Origin: Nitrospirales bacterium
GTDB taxonomy: Bacteria > Nitrospirota > Nitrospiria > Nitrospirales > UBA8639
NCBI GenBank assembly: GCA_965203295.1
Contig: CBDBCZ010000013.1
Coordinates: 384,001 to 448,000 of the forward strand
DNA: 64,000 nucleotides
Reading direction: 5' to 3'
The position numbers and the translations under genes were made by a program. This document shows, piece by piece, positions 47,889 through 61,200 of this stretch. The stretch's first letter is position 1; each line of letters begins with the position of its first letter. The notes beneath the pieces are model-generated. The model saw only the letters and a list, made by a program, of their open reading frames with translations. It was not told the DNA's origin and searched no databases.

Positions 47889-48152
47889 TAGTCTCATGCC
47901 CAGCCCCACGTTAGAAAGGTGGGTCTGGCTCCCTATATATTCAAAGTTGGGGCAGCTTTACGGCACCGGTCCCAGATCTGGACCGCCAATGTGATGGGTT
48001 ATTATAGCATTACATCACTAAACAGTTGCTGTATCGGATATCCATAATAGTGGCCACATGGACACTATCCGTTTGGTGATGTAACGCTAACCCAACTTTG
48101 AATATACGGAGAGCCAGACCACCTCTCTAACATGGGGCTGGGCACGAGACTA
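47889..48152. mobile_element. Second copy of the 267-bp AcademH-like MITE, opposite orientation
   Basis: Same TIRs, internal sequence inverted relative to 46004-46270; ccctcatac on both sides with 2 extra bases on the right. Confidence 0.85.
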
Positions 48153-48199
48153 TACCCTCATACATACTACAGATTCACAATGCTGGTGACGCTGCACTA

Positions 48200-49560
48200 A
48201 CTTATAGGGGGAAGAACCAGGGTTTTTCCCTTGAGTAGTACTACTACTACTATAGCTAGGGAAACTTATTGGGGAAAGAACCAGGGTGTTTCCCTTGCGT
48301 ATACTGCCAGCTAGCTTGTAGGGGGAAGTCCCAGGGCGTTTCCCTTGCTATAGTAGTAGTAGTAGTACTGTACTACAAGCAAGGGAAACACCCTGGTTCT
48401 TAGCAGCACATACATTGACATCTGTTCATACTGAACGTGGGGCTAGGCTGAGCTGGGCTGGGCATGACACTACCCACATACCTATTACAAATTCACAATG
48501 CTGGTGACCTACACTTATAGGGGGAAGAACCAGGGTGTTTCCCTTGAGTAGTACTACTACTACTATCTAGGGAAACATATACTATAGTGCGTGGGTGGAT
48601 CACATATAAACCCAGCCTAAATATACACCAGTGTATATTTCAGACATTTATTTAACAGGAAATTAGTGGATGTGAAAATTAGAAGCAGCAGACATGCATG
48701 TAACTAATATCACAGCAATACTAAAGCTAGAAAGGTCACTTGTTGATACGTGCGTTCATGGTACAATCGTGCATATAAAATTTGCAAAGTTGAACTGACG
48801 GGAAATGTCATCCATGGATAGGGCTGAGCCGATTATGCTCAAAAACTTACCTATTATGCTATGCTGCACTGCTCCAAAATCTTCCTATTATGCTCAACAA
48901 ATGCCCCTATTATGCTCATTAAATGTGACCCTCATAGCGAAAACCAACAACCTGGACTGTTTCAAGTACGCTTGGGTGGTGTGTATTTCTTAATTTTAGT
49001 ATGTTAGTTGATATTGGACCACTCCCCTACAAGGTTGGACGGTAAGACATGGCGGCTTCGCTCGCTCTGCTGTCTGACGATGGGCTCGGGTTCAGATCTA
49101 GAGTCATTAGAGCATCCAAATTGGTCTCGGAGAGAAGTGGATGACAGTCACCGAGCAAGCTATCCAGTGCGCCATCATGATCTAGTTCGAGAAACTCTTC
49201 CATCCTCACCTATTCGTACTTCTCTTTCGAATTGGCACGAGGTAGTATATATGCGCATGCGCACTAACCGTCCATCCACACATCTATAGCATATATACGA
49301 TAATAGCATGGTTAGTATACAGTGTATATGCAACACGCACCTCGGTCATCGGAAGTTTACGTCATATATATTGCATATATACACCTACTAACCATGCTAT
49401 ACGATATACTTATAGGGGGAAGAACCAGGGTGTTTCCCTTGATATAGTACAGTAGTAGTACTACTACTACTGTACTACAAGCATAGATAGTAGAGTAGAA
49501 GGACACTCTACTCTACTATCTACGCTACAAGCAAGGGAAACACCCAGGTTCTTTCCCCTC
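48200..49560. repeat. Cluster of GGGGAAGAACCAGGGTGTTTCCCTTG units with (TAG)/(TAC) runs
   Basis: Direct copies near 48206, 48271, 48320, 48519, 49416; inverted copies near 48380 and 49532. Confidence 0.85.
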
Positions 49561-50623
49561 CCCCCCCCCCCCCCTCCCCACTGACATATATCTGTGAAAC
49601 ATTCCTGATACACACCCATACCATAATGACTAGGTTAAAAGTACTGCTTGATGTGGTTTAGCAGTCATAACATCTTGCTTTGGTAAATAGAATATAATAG
49701 TTATATCACTGCAAAAGGTGTGTCATACAAATGGTGTTTATATCAGCACATACACTGACATCTGCTCATACTTACTCATTGCCTATATAAACTACATGTA
49801 CTCAGAACCCACACTGTACTTTCATAATGATTATACTTTCATATTGCATGCATGTTGACTCCCTCACAGATGTCCCCATGCATGTAATACTATTACATGT
49901 AAGATGGTGTGGTATATGCATGCAATACTTACATCCCTGCAACACACGAATGCGTTTCAACAAGCCTGCAGAACCAATTAAGAGGCTAAGTTGAATGAAG
50001 CTGCCTCATATCATCATACATGTAATTATAATATTTATTCATGGGATATCTGTGAGGGAGTCGACATGCAGTGCAGCTGAAGGCTATCAGGCCTATTGAG
50101 CTAATATATACACCAGAGGTAAATCTTTTATACTTTAACTGAGGAGGAATATATACTGATTTATACAATGGTAACTTAGCAGGGACATTCCTCAGTTATT
50201 GAGGGCTATAGACTTTTAGCAAAGTGGAAGTAATGGGGGGAAGCCAAATTAACAGAGCATACATGCATCATCACAACAGAGGTAAACAAACTAGCTTTTT
50301 CCCAGATCAGCTATCTACGTAGGCCTACTTGCAAACATTATGGAAAACGCATGCAGTAAAGCAACCCAGAATAATAAAAATTGAGGCCCAGGGGATTGAA
50401 TCCGGTGGCTCTAGACATTATGTATCTCTAGGCTGCAGCTACTGAAGCCCCTGATGAGAAGGTCAGCAGGAAAACTTACTTCTGAATCAAGTCTGAGAGG
50501 GGCTTGACGGTTTTGACGCTTTATTAGTTTCGTCACGGCATCCGACCGGGCCGAGAAACATCGCACCGTCCAACTGGCAACACTACTGATTTTTAATACC
50601 ACGGACTAGACGTCACTATATTA

Positions 50624-50678
50624 GGGGCGGAGCCAGGACTTTGAAGGGGCGGAGCCAGGACTGTGAAGGGGCGGAGCC
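50624..50678. promoter_or_regulatory. Three tandem GC boxes (GGGGCGGAGC) in 22-bp repeats
   Basis: ggggcggagccaggact(t/g)tgaa twice plus ggggcggagcc; regulatory role is inferred only. Confidence 0.35.
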
Positions 50679-50709
50679 TCGAGGGCATTGGGCTTGGGCA
50701 GGGTTTTAG

Positions 50710-50763
50710 TAGTCTCAGTAGTCTCGTGCCCAGACCACACCGTGTGGTCTGGGCACGAGACTA
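50710..50763. mobile_element. AcademH-like mini-MITE (45-bp palindrome with a duplicated left terminus)
   Basis: TAGTCTCGTGCCCAGACCACAC-C-GTGTGGTCTGGGCACGAGACTA at 50719-50763; ggttttag on both sides. Confidence 0.8.
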
Positions 50764-52320
50764 GGTTTTAGCGCCTTACGTACGTACACGTGTATGTCAC
50801 CGCCTAGTCTCGTGCACGCCGAGCTACCCCGCCCTCCATGAGACTATATACCAGCCCACTTCCGCTGAGGGCTAGGGACGTATTCCTCTGGGCCGGTGCA
50901 ATCACAGTGCAGTATCTGCACAGCTCATGATGACAGGAAATTAAACTTGAAAAGCTGTGGTTTGATAGCTACAAAGGGAAAAATCAGTAATCACTACATC
51001 ATCAAAAAATTGTAGATATAATGAACACAGCATGGGCATGGTTCATTACATACTTACCTTTATAGCTGCTAAGAAAACCTATAGACATTTGATTGTTATG
51101 TTCCAAGCATTAGACCATCATAAATAATCAATTAGCACTTTCCTTTGAAGTGTGCCAGTTAAATACTGGCTAGTTGCTTCGTTACCAAAACTTAAGGTTA
51201 CAGGGTACTTAGTAGCAGAGATAGATCCCTTGTTACCTAACAGGCGCTCCAAAGACTTGATATTTGGCATCAATTAATGCATGTTGTCAGAACAAATATA
51301 GCTACAGATCATTTTGGGAAAGCGTAAAGGAAAAGAGAACCTGCAACCATCTCACTTGCAGATTGTTTTCTTTGCCCTAGCTCTAGCTACTGCACATCGT
51401 TTCCATTGCCCACTACTGGTGGCATTACATACACTGAACTTTAATTTTAGAAATTCAGCACACTAAGTGACTTATCCATAATGCAGTGTATGGTTGACAG
51501 TATTGGTATTTTATCTGAGCATTTTTTTTGCTGCTAGGTATAGCTATAGTCCCTTAGTATGCTGAAATAATATTATGCCTATATAGCTAGCGGATGTAGA
51601 GGGTGTATACTAATTTTAGTGATCTAAAATTATGTGTATATGTTATGATACTACACATAAATGTAATTATGTGGTTCATACAAGTCATACACAGCATCAT
51701 CCAGAGCAACAGCGGCAATGTATGGGAAATGTTCAGAAAAAAATTAAAGAAAAGGGGTCAAAGTTGTGCATACAAGTCACTAGAGAGACTCAGAGGAGAT
51801 GAAGCTGATGAGTGGAATTTGCTTGAAGGCACTGCCTCCTGGAGATCTGGCACCTCATGCAGACACACTGGATAGACCGGGAGAGTATAGGAGAGAGAAG
51901 GACATTAAGCTACATCTGATCCATGCAATGGGACATGACGAGGGGAGTGAAGGCTCGCTTTTTGAGATTCTTGTGTTTTCTGTGGTAGGTGCATGGGAAG
52001 AGGTTGTCAAATCGACGGGATGTGTTTAAAGCGATGTAGCTATACTGGAAGTGTAAATGCAACCCGGTGGCTCTCGCCAATTTCCATGTATTACAGTCTC
52101 ATTCTTAGCCCACACAGTGGGTCACAATCAAGACTATAAGTAGCTGTGCTTATAGCTAGCTATAGTTTCACGTCATGAAACCTACTCAGGTAATTCTGCC
52201 ATGTTAACACCTACAAAATTGACACCTGTCGTATTACCTACGCTTTACTAGTGCCATAGATAGTCTATGCTAGTGCCATACCTAGTCTTGGAAAGAGAAG
52301 TGCTAGCTATATACTATACG

Positions 52321-55300
52321 ATGTCAGAAGAGCTTGTGAACAGTGAGCAGGTTATGCACAAAAATCCCGCCTCTTCGCAGCAGCTGCATGTACACCTTGT
52401 CCAGCCGCACTCGCAAGACTCCGAGAAGAAGCAGAATGCTGACTCAAAGCCGGAAGATTCGAAGCAAGAGAAGTTGAGCGAACGAGTCTGTCCCGTTTTA
52501 ACGAAGAAGGAAATGGGTCGAATGATCGAGATGGGACTCGGGAGAGGAGTAGACGCCACCGATGCGTCCCCCTGGGTCAGCAAGTCCTCCTTCCAGGTGC
52601 GAAGAGTCACTTTTGACAGTGTGATTGGTACTGAAGAAGGCGGAGCCTTGCAAAGTTACGAACGGGAAATCTCGAGGTACGTGCTTTTAATGTACCGTTC
52701 TCGCCTATATAAACGTCATGTTTGTGTAATTTACTACGAAGTGGTTATTGCATGGCAGTAAGTCAGTTGGGTGTAGAGTTAGGGGGGTGAAGGTAGGGCA
52801 TATAGAGGTTAACCGCTGGGTTTAGAGCTATATAGCTGCATTGTGTGTATCGATTTGCACTAGTGCGCATGCGCGAACATTGGCCGCTGGCGTGTAGTGG
52901 AGGAATTTCCCATTGTACTTCTGTTTAAGCAGTACCAGTGGCCACTGGACCTTGGTATTATTGCTGTTGCGGTAAGTGTATAGTAGACTACTACTTAGTC
53001 TTAGAGCATGATATGAATAATTCCTTTTGATGTAATGAGTCGCCTAAACCACGTAGTAGCGTAGTCAGCAGGTCACTAAGTGGCAGGTCACTATGTCTCC
53101 AGTTAGTGACCTGCGGTCTCCAGTTAGTGACCTGCGGTCTCCAGTTAGAGACCTGGGAAGCCTTATATGAATCATGAACATCTGCCATGTACAAATGCTG
53201 AATTGTACTACATGTAGCATAAAGCTAACAGAAATAAGCTTAGCATTCATATACAAAGCCGTTTACACAGCGGGTAGAAAGCTAATGGAGTGGGTAAGTG
53301 CTGCGGTTGTTGCTGCTTACTTGGCCATCATAGTACTAGCTGGATGTCTGCCAGTGACAGAGGCGCGAAAACGATACCGCTGTAGTTAGGACAACTTGAG
53401 GCAGCTGTACAAACGGCGAGAAATCACAACTGTGACGCCTTGGGGCAGTTCTGGAGGCTTGTCATGGCAAGATCAAACTCAGACGGGCAAAAACAACCTT
53501 GCGGTGGATCCCACGAACTAGCAAGGATAGACAGACTGTCTCCATTCTCTACGCTCATGCTCTAAGCCGGTTAGAGACCGATGCGAGTCACTACTCGGTT
53601 TTGAAACCTCGTGGTCGGGGCGAGAATGTTGCAATAGTAACCTCGGCTTCGCCTCGGTCACTATTGCAACATTCACGCCCCTCCCCCTCGGTTTCTAAAA
53701 CCTCGTAGTGACTCGCATCCGATCTCTAACCTATACTTAGATGGAATGGACACCGGGTTTGCATGTGTCCTTGTTAATTGGTGTTATTGTTAGGAATTTT
53801 GTTGGTCTTTGCAGGAATTAGCTAATAAGCGGTAAGCTATTGGTCTGTGTTATAGTAGGTGTTGTTTATGTTGCTAGGTTCTTTGGTGTTAAGTATTTGC
53901 TGTTGTAGCAGAGGTAGCCCCGATGTTTGAGCGCCTGGGTACGAGGCTATAGCAGAGGAAGATAGTATTTCTGGATGTACGTAGAGTTTTGTTGGAAGAG
54001 TTAAGCTCAGCCTGGTACACATAGCTACACACCGGCTTACGTAGATTATGAAGAATGTGTAGTCGTTTAGAAAAGGGCCTGGCCAAAGCAAAAAGCAGTT
54101 CATCTCAGGTGTGGTAGGTATGTATGTATTGCAACCTGGTGCTGGTGGGTATGAAATTTGATCTTTCATTTTTGAAACCCGAGGCTTCAGAGACTGGAGA
54201 GGGATGGTGCTTTGCACTAACAATTCAGAATCGCTGTAGCCGTTGCAGATACCTGTTCAGCCTGGAGCTTGGAAAACAAACAAGTAGCTAACTCTAGAGT
54301 CCTACTTTACTTCAGTTGACAATGCCAACTTATCATAAGTATACTCCAATGTAGTGTTGTAAAAATGTAGATCTAATACTATCTCTAAGGCTCTGAGACT
54401 CCCCCTTTTCACTAAAGGCTTTAGTTAAGTATTAGTTTAAGGTCAGTTTAAGGTGAGGGGAGTTTAAAGTCGGAGGCGAAGCCAAGGATTTTAACCCCTC
54501 ACCCAAACTGACCTTTACCTGTTTTAATGTACATTGGTATAGCAATGATCCCTGTATGTGGGTGTTATAGGCATGGGAAAAGTGGTTGCCATGGTAATGT
54601 ACATTAAGTGACTATATAGTGGACTGGTAATAATGACTGGTATGAAATTGCTACGTGTCTACATTCCTCAGCACCTGCCGTAAATTCCACTGCCTTTGTT
54701 TTCATTGCTACAGTGTACAATCTCAGCAGTCCGACTTGAAGGCATCCATTGCAGTTCCCCAGGCCCCCTTCACCATCGGAGTGGATGCCGAACACTCACG
54801 CAGTGTCAGCACCACCAGAAGGGCGGTGGGCAAGAAGGTCGTCAACAGAACGATCTCATTCCGGGCCGACTTCGAAGACCTTCCACAGTCCATCACGACG
54901 GATCCCAGTATGGCAAAAATGGAGTCTATTCCTAGTACGACGTGCAGCGTATCTGTGGATGAGTCGAAGCATAGTGTAGCCGATTCACAAAGTAGCGTGA
55001 CATTCGAAGAGCGTCTAGCAAAGTGGATTCTGGATTACCTCCACCACAAAGGAGAGGTGATAAGTGAGGCAGAGGGGAAGCTGGTCAAACCGAGTTTTGA
55101 AACCACCGGAAATCCTTTGGATGATATTGCCTCAGTGATTCACGAGTCCGGAGATGACGTTCAAAAGGTAATCCTTACTGCCTGCCGTGAGTTTGTCCAG
55201 TATTTCCGTGTGACACATTATGTCAGTGCCATTGAGCTCGGAGCATCCGAGTATCGGGTACTAAGCGAGACAGAATATTTCTCCCGAATAAAAGCTGGAG

Positions 55301-56647
55301 GGTCCTTTGGAGTAGAGTCGCTGGCCAATCTAGCCATCAGCTCGTCTTCTTCATGGAAGAAAACTAAGAAGGCATCTGATCTGAAGAGGATTGGCCGAAT
55401 CGACAACGACCGTGTTGAGCGAGGATCGTACGATGAAGCAGTTGTCGGGATGAGCATCCAGCCTATCAGCAACCTGGTGAGACTCCGCTACCTGCAGCTG
55501 ACCCTGAAGAAGGCTCTGCTGGAGTACGTTGAGACACAAGGAGACTCAACTGGTGAGTGTGGCTCTTTGTGATTCAGCAGACAGTACTACCTCTAAGTAT
55601 AGCATTTTATAGGCACTGTACCTGCATTTATAGGCTTTAATTTGAAACGGAGAATATCTCCTTAGTCAAAAGTTATTTTAATACTTTTGATTGCATTTAC
55701 TTCAGGGATTACGTAATTGCAAAGTGTAATAATGTGTAATGCAGCCCCATAATATCACCTCTCCCAAAACACACACATGCACACACACTCACACACACAC
55801 ACTCACACACACACACACACACATGCATGCACACACAGCTGGTCCTTACCTCATTGCCTGCAACGATGACAAAATCTTTTGGACGGTAAAACCTGACAAT
55901 AATTACGCAGTTGAAGCGACACGAGATATCAAACAAGCCTCTGCTTTTTTTGTCCTTTCGAATGAAGATGGTGGCCATCCATACGAATTCGTCATTGGTT
56001 TCTATGGAGACAGCCGTAAAGTACTAAAGCGAAAGGCAAGTACCCTAGCTAGTGCTACCCGACAGGTAATGGACCCCATCCCTCGCTATCTGCACACTCC
56101 AGTCAACGTTCTTGGCACGAACTTTGGCCCGCTTCACCTGAAACACCATGTGTTGGAGTCCCAATCGAGACTCACCCTCCACAGTCGTCTGTTCAAGCCC
56201 TACAATCCAGTTCATATTACGCCATGGGTGGACGGGCGGGAAGCTTTCTTCATCAATTGCGCTCGAAGGAGAGCCAAGCGGGACGGCTACATCTGTGTCA
56301 AGCTGGTGGCTGGTCAAAGAGGAGGGAGGCCAGAACTCCGAACAGGATGCGTGCCCACCAAAAGAAAGCACAATGAACGTAACACATGGATGCTCTTTCG
56401 CCTCCTCCCAATTTCGCTCCGAGACAAACCAGTAGTACCTGCTGGTGACCGCAATGAACCAGATGTTCTGTTCAATGTGGATGTGGAACTGGCACAGTAC
56501 GGGGCCCGAGACCACACTCCCAAGCCGTGTGAAAAGAGCAACAGGGCTGCTGTTCGTTTTGAATCTGGCAGCGATACCACCAAGTTACTACCAAGCACGG
56601 GTGGAAAGCACGTCGACAAAACAGCCGAATCCATTCCCCTCCCTTGA
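52321..56647 (+). CDS. MACPF-like + probable beta-trefoil protein, paralogue B (exons 52321-52676, 54714-55552, 55839-56647; 667 aa)
   Basis: Same intron positions and phases as paralogue A (2004 nt); EFVQYFRVTHYVSAIELGA; TGA in place of A's GGA shortens the tail by ~15 aa. Confidence 0.8.
53095..53155. repeat. 21-bp tandem repeat, three copies
   Basis: gtctccagttagtgacctgcg. Confidence 0.9.
53569..53731. repeat. 163-bp GGCTTCGCC-centred palindrome with three TC/TC mismatch pairs
   Basis: ggttagaga..cactacTCggtttt.gaaaccTCg..aaccTCggcTTCgccTCggtc..cccTCggtttc.aaaaccTCgtagtg..tctctaacc. Confidence 0.9.
55769..55836. repeat. (CA)n tract abutting the exon-3 acceptor of paralogue B
   Basis: Direct read; a shorter CA run precedes the equivalent acceptor of paralogue A (23820-23831). 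Confidence 0.9.
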
Positions 56648-58237
56648 GCCTCTGTGGAGCTTCCAGAGCTGGGCAAACATGCATCAGCAGCAGTAACTCC
56701 ACCATCAGCAACAGTAATTCCATTATGTAATTCACACTGATTTAACTTAGTGATCAATTTAAATACATGCCACATCACCCCTCTATTTTCTTAATCAACT
56801 GTACATGTTACAACATTTTCAATGCTCGTTATGTTTTAATCAGTCTCAACCTACATGTATACATGTAGATCTCACAAAACATTATTTAACCCCATTCTAA
56901 TGTGTTTCATTTATTAATTTTAACATGTATTGATTGACCATCAACTATCAAGTTTTCAAAACAGTGTGATTGGGCATATAGTGGATTTTAGTGATCTAAA
57001 ACACCATGGCATGTCATAATACTACGCATAAATATAATTACACTGTATAAGTTACAGGAAAATTCAGAGCAATATATAATAACGCAATGCCATACGTATA
57101 TGGAATGGAAAAGGGGTCAAAGTTGAGCTATCAAGTCATAGAGAAGTTTGTCTCAGAGGAGATAAGGCTTATGGGTGGGATTTACTTGAAGGCACTGTAT
57201 CCTGCAAATTGGGCACCTCAAATGCACTATATAGATAGAGAAGCGTAGAAGAGTGAAGGACGACCTATATCTGATCCATGCATGCGATGGTGTTGCTGTT
57301 TGGTTATATAGTTCCATTAAATTCAGAGCAGAGAGGTTTGCAGCCACAAGCTGTTGCAAGGATGACCTGGAGAAGTTCAAGTAGCAGTCTGAAACAGGAC
57401 CGTTCAATGTGACATTTGACATAATGTTGATCAAGTCAAAGTTTGACACGATTTGCTTGTATATTGTATGTGGATGTTTTAATCATGCATTTATAAGATG
57501 CCCACTTTGATGTTTCGCAAGGCACTTCTGACATTTGTATACACTATATATGCCTGCATGCATGTTGTAAATGAATGCTTACCTCTAAAGAGTCCATGAC
57601 CTTCAGCTAGTATGATGGACCAGCCCAGTGTTGTCCAGGTTTTTGTTCTGGTATCCTGCTATATGTCTCACTATAGTGGCGGACCCACTAATCCGTTTTG
57701 CGTTCTAAGCTTCTGCTCAAACGACCACTAGCTACCTCCCCACTGTTCAACTACTGCAATTTTGATCTGCAAAATAACTCAACTCTGAACAGACACATGG
57801 TACAAATATATTGGGGGACAAACTAAGACCTATACTTACAAAGATACGGACACATTTACATAGACAACATGATATCTTTAATTGTCACTATACTATACAC
57901 CGGTAACAAAACAACTAATAGCATTGTCACTTTAGCAATCGTGCATACATAGTGGCTCAATAAGGCCGTGCAAATTATAGAATACAGCTATATGCTACAG
58001 CATATGCACGTGCATAGTGAGGAACAAGGTAGTGAGTACAATCATAAAAGATGGTTCATATATACATCGGACAGAAAAAAAGCCTACAGTAACAGATACA
58101 GCTATGCTTATATATAATATAGTGAGTGTATAGATGCACATTTGTACAAAATAAAACTAACTAGGTAAAGTGCATGTCTTAGGAATACTATAGCAGTGAT
58201 GGTTTACTAACTAAGTCTATAAGTAGTTTTTCACTAT

Positions 58238-61200
58238 TTAGCTAGCTAGTTCCTGTAGGTGTTGCTTGAACTTGCTTAAAATTTTTCGACGATCAAACCC
58301 ATTAGCAATTCCAAAATCTTTCAAATCCTCGTCACATAAACTTAGCAAGAGGGCTCCATCCATGTCTCTCTCAATGAACTCTTCTTCATATTTCTGCATC
58401 TTCCATTTCCTCAAAAACTCCGCTACATCATAAACGCTGAGGCTTGCAGCCACTGCTTCAAGGGTCTCCTTTTCGGTTACTATTATAAGACAGCACAAAT
58501 AACACAAGTAAGAATTCTGTGCTGCCACTATGAACTAATTAGTTATTATCAACTTGCATATTCAACATCAAGTTATCAAATAAGTTATACTGTGATTAGA
58601 TAATTAGTGTAATGCTTAGATTTAACCTGACATAGGAACGTACTTGGTGTGGCCACAGCAACTTTGCGCTGCTTCACAATAGAAGCAGGCTGTGGTGTTT
58701 CTTCTGCAGAAGCTGCTGGTTTTTCCCCTGAATGAGTAAACAGATAGGTTTCATCATCCACATCTGTTATTTCTTCAAAGCCATATAGCTGTGTCTCAGG
58801 GTCAAACTGAAATAGATTACTGAATGGCATAGCAACATCCCTGAGATGCTTCAGCTTCTCTTCAGTCCACAAATCCGCGACAAACTCCACCCATTTCTTA
58901 GTTTGTACACCCTCAAGACTCCTGGCAGATATCAAACTCTGCACTTGGAACACTAGCCTGCATGGAAGGATAAGCAAACAACTGCCATAGTAATGTGTGT
59001 GTCTTCATCTGGACTGCACCATACGCACACCTTCTGAGAGCAATTCGAAGTGCTACATAGTGCTGGGACAGGACTGACTCTGGAATTGATCTGGCCAAAT
59101 GTTCTTCACCAAACAAAGACAGCTCCCTCAAGTAAATGATGATTGGTTTCTGAAAAGAAAGTAAGCAAGTATGCATGTGAACTCTTTAGCAGGAGTCGCA
59201 TGCACACCATGTGGCACCTACCTTCAAATTCTCATTAATGTGTTTCCTCAAGTGTGATTGTGAATGCACTAAAACATCAGTGAGAGACTGTAACTCTTGA
59301 AAGAGCACATCAGGATCTGTATTTCAAAGTCCAGAATGTGAATAACCATCTGTAACAAATGTTAAAGTTATATGTACCTGTGTACTCTGCCGGTAATTTG
59401 TCTAAAGTTTCTTCATCTGCAGGTTCCAAGTGTTTCTTCATACACAAAGGCAGATCATGGAAGTCATACACTCTGTCATTTATCCACTGAACAAACAGCT
59501 CAAGAGTGCAGTAGAGATAGGGGAGCTCCAATGAGACTATGCAGGAGAGCTGGGTTTGTGAAAGGCTATGAAGAAGGCATAAAATGATCAAAAACTGTAT
59601 ATAACCATACTAATTTTGAAGAATTAAAGCTGACCTCTTTATTCCAATGTCAGCTATTATTTCTTCTCTCTCCTTTGATTGCTCGCAGTTGAAAATATGA
59701 AGCAAAAAGTCAGGCAGTTGCATTTGTTTGAGCCGTTCCATACTGGTGTGCTCTACTTCAAGACTGATGCTCTAATAAGGTGAACATTATCATAAAATTC
59801 TCCAATAGCTATAGCACACGTTGCATTAAGGTGCAGTGTATACCTTGATCAGGTGCTCAGTTGCATTCCTCAAGCCTGTCACCACCTCAACCAGTCTATT
59901 GTAGTCAGCCGAGTGAAATTCACACTCAAAAGCTTTAATGTGTTCTCTGTCAAGCATGACCTAGAAAGAAAGTCCACACATCTACTCCTGTATACCTCAG
60001 TATATATACTATGTACATTCATGCAATAACATATAAGGATGCTTCTTACCCTAAATCCAGAATCTGGTGTGATATACTCTGAAATTACAGAAAGGTCGAG
60101 GTCAGCTCCACCCAACGATACGGTTTGAGATGCTTCTGCTCTGAATTTAAACGGTATTCGAACATGTTCAGGGGAATGTTCAATCTGAGGCTTCCCAGCC
60201 AGGTAGGCTCTGATAATATCCTTCTGCAATCTCGGTAGGTCAAACAACAGTTTTGGATCCTGAGTCTGTCCATCAATCGTTTGCAGGTGTCGGCTACGAA
60301 CCAGCTGCAGCTGCTCCTCTATACCATGGGTTCTAGCAGGGTAATATCATACAAAATATTAGCTATAGCTGAGGAAGATGTGCAGTATAGCCACTACTCA
60401 CCTTTGCACTTGCCCTATGATCATGTTTTGCTCATTTACTTCATTTGGATAAATGCGACTGTCCAGATTTTCAGGGAAGTACGGCCTCAAGTAAGTTCCA
60501 TTAGGGGATGTAACTGCATCGAAAATGCTCTGAAGAAAGCTATTGTGGAAGTTAATCTAGGCCAAGTTAGGGATGAGAGAACATCAATTATGGTGAACTT
60601 GCATGCATACAGCAATGAGGAACATACCATATCATTGATGACGATGTATAGCCAGTCGTTACCTTCACCTTCATTCTCAGTATCCGAGAGAAAGTGAAGG
60701 AATTTTGTATCATCTTTGATATAGTACAATCTGCCTTCCCTTTTGATGCTTGCACAGGCACCAGCACCAATAGAGCTACCAACCACCTCCACATACCGGT
60801 TGTAGCCAGCTAATTCAATAGTGGAATGATTAACAGTAAGTGCATGGGAGAAACATTATAAAACATAAAACTACCTTTCACTTTCTCATACAGTTGCAGG
60901 AGCTCAACTCCTTTCACATCATGCTTCTTGTATTCTCCGTCTGCCTTTTCAATTACATCCTGGATGGTATGGTTTTCTGCATACTTAAAAGTCACACGAT
61001 ATGCCAGTTCAATATGAATCCATCGGTAGAACTCCAACAGCTCTGGCAGCAGGGCCCCTGCAGTCTCCAAGCGGGGATACTCCAGAGCAAACTTTGAAAG
61101 AACAAATAGCTGATTTTTTGTATCGCTGACATTTGCCGATGATAACATGATTTGAAAAAACTCGTCCAGTGTGGGAAAGTGGGGATAGTGAACCTCTAAT

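Noticed and set aside
48818..49290. TAGGGCTGAGCCGATTATGCTC hAT-like end and ORFs 49008-49289 / 49027-49209
   Set aside because: Only one terminus seen; the ORFs are short and have no domain.
57153..57770. Separate minus-strand gene downstream of the SAM exon
   Set aside because: The exon-like segment has in-frame stops and its diverged copy at ~51790-51930 does not keep the frame.
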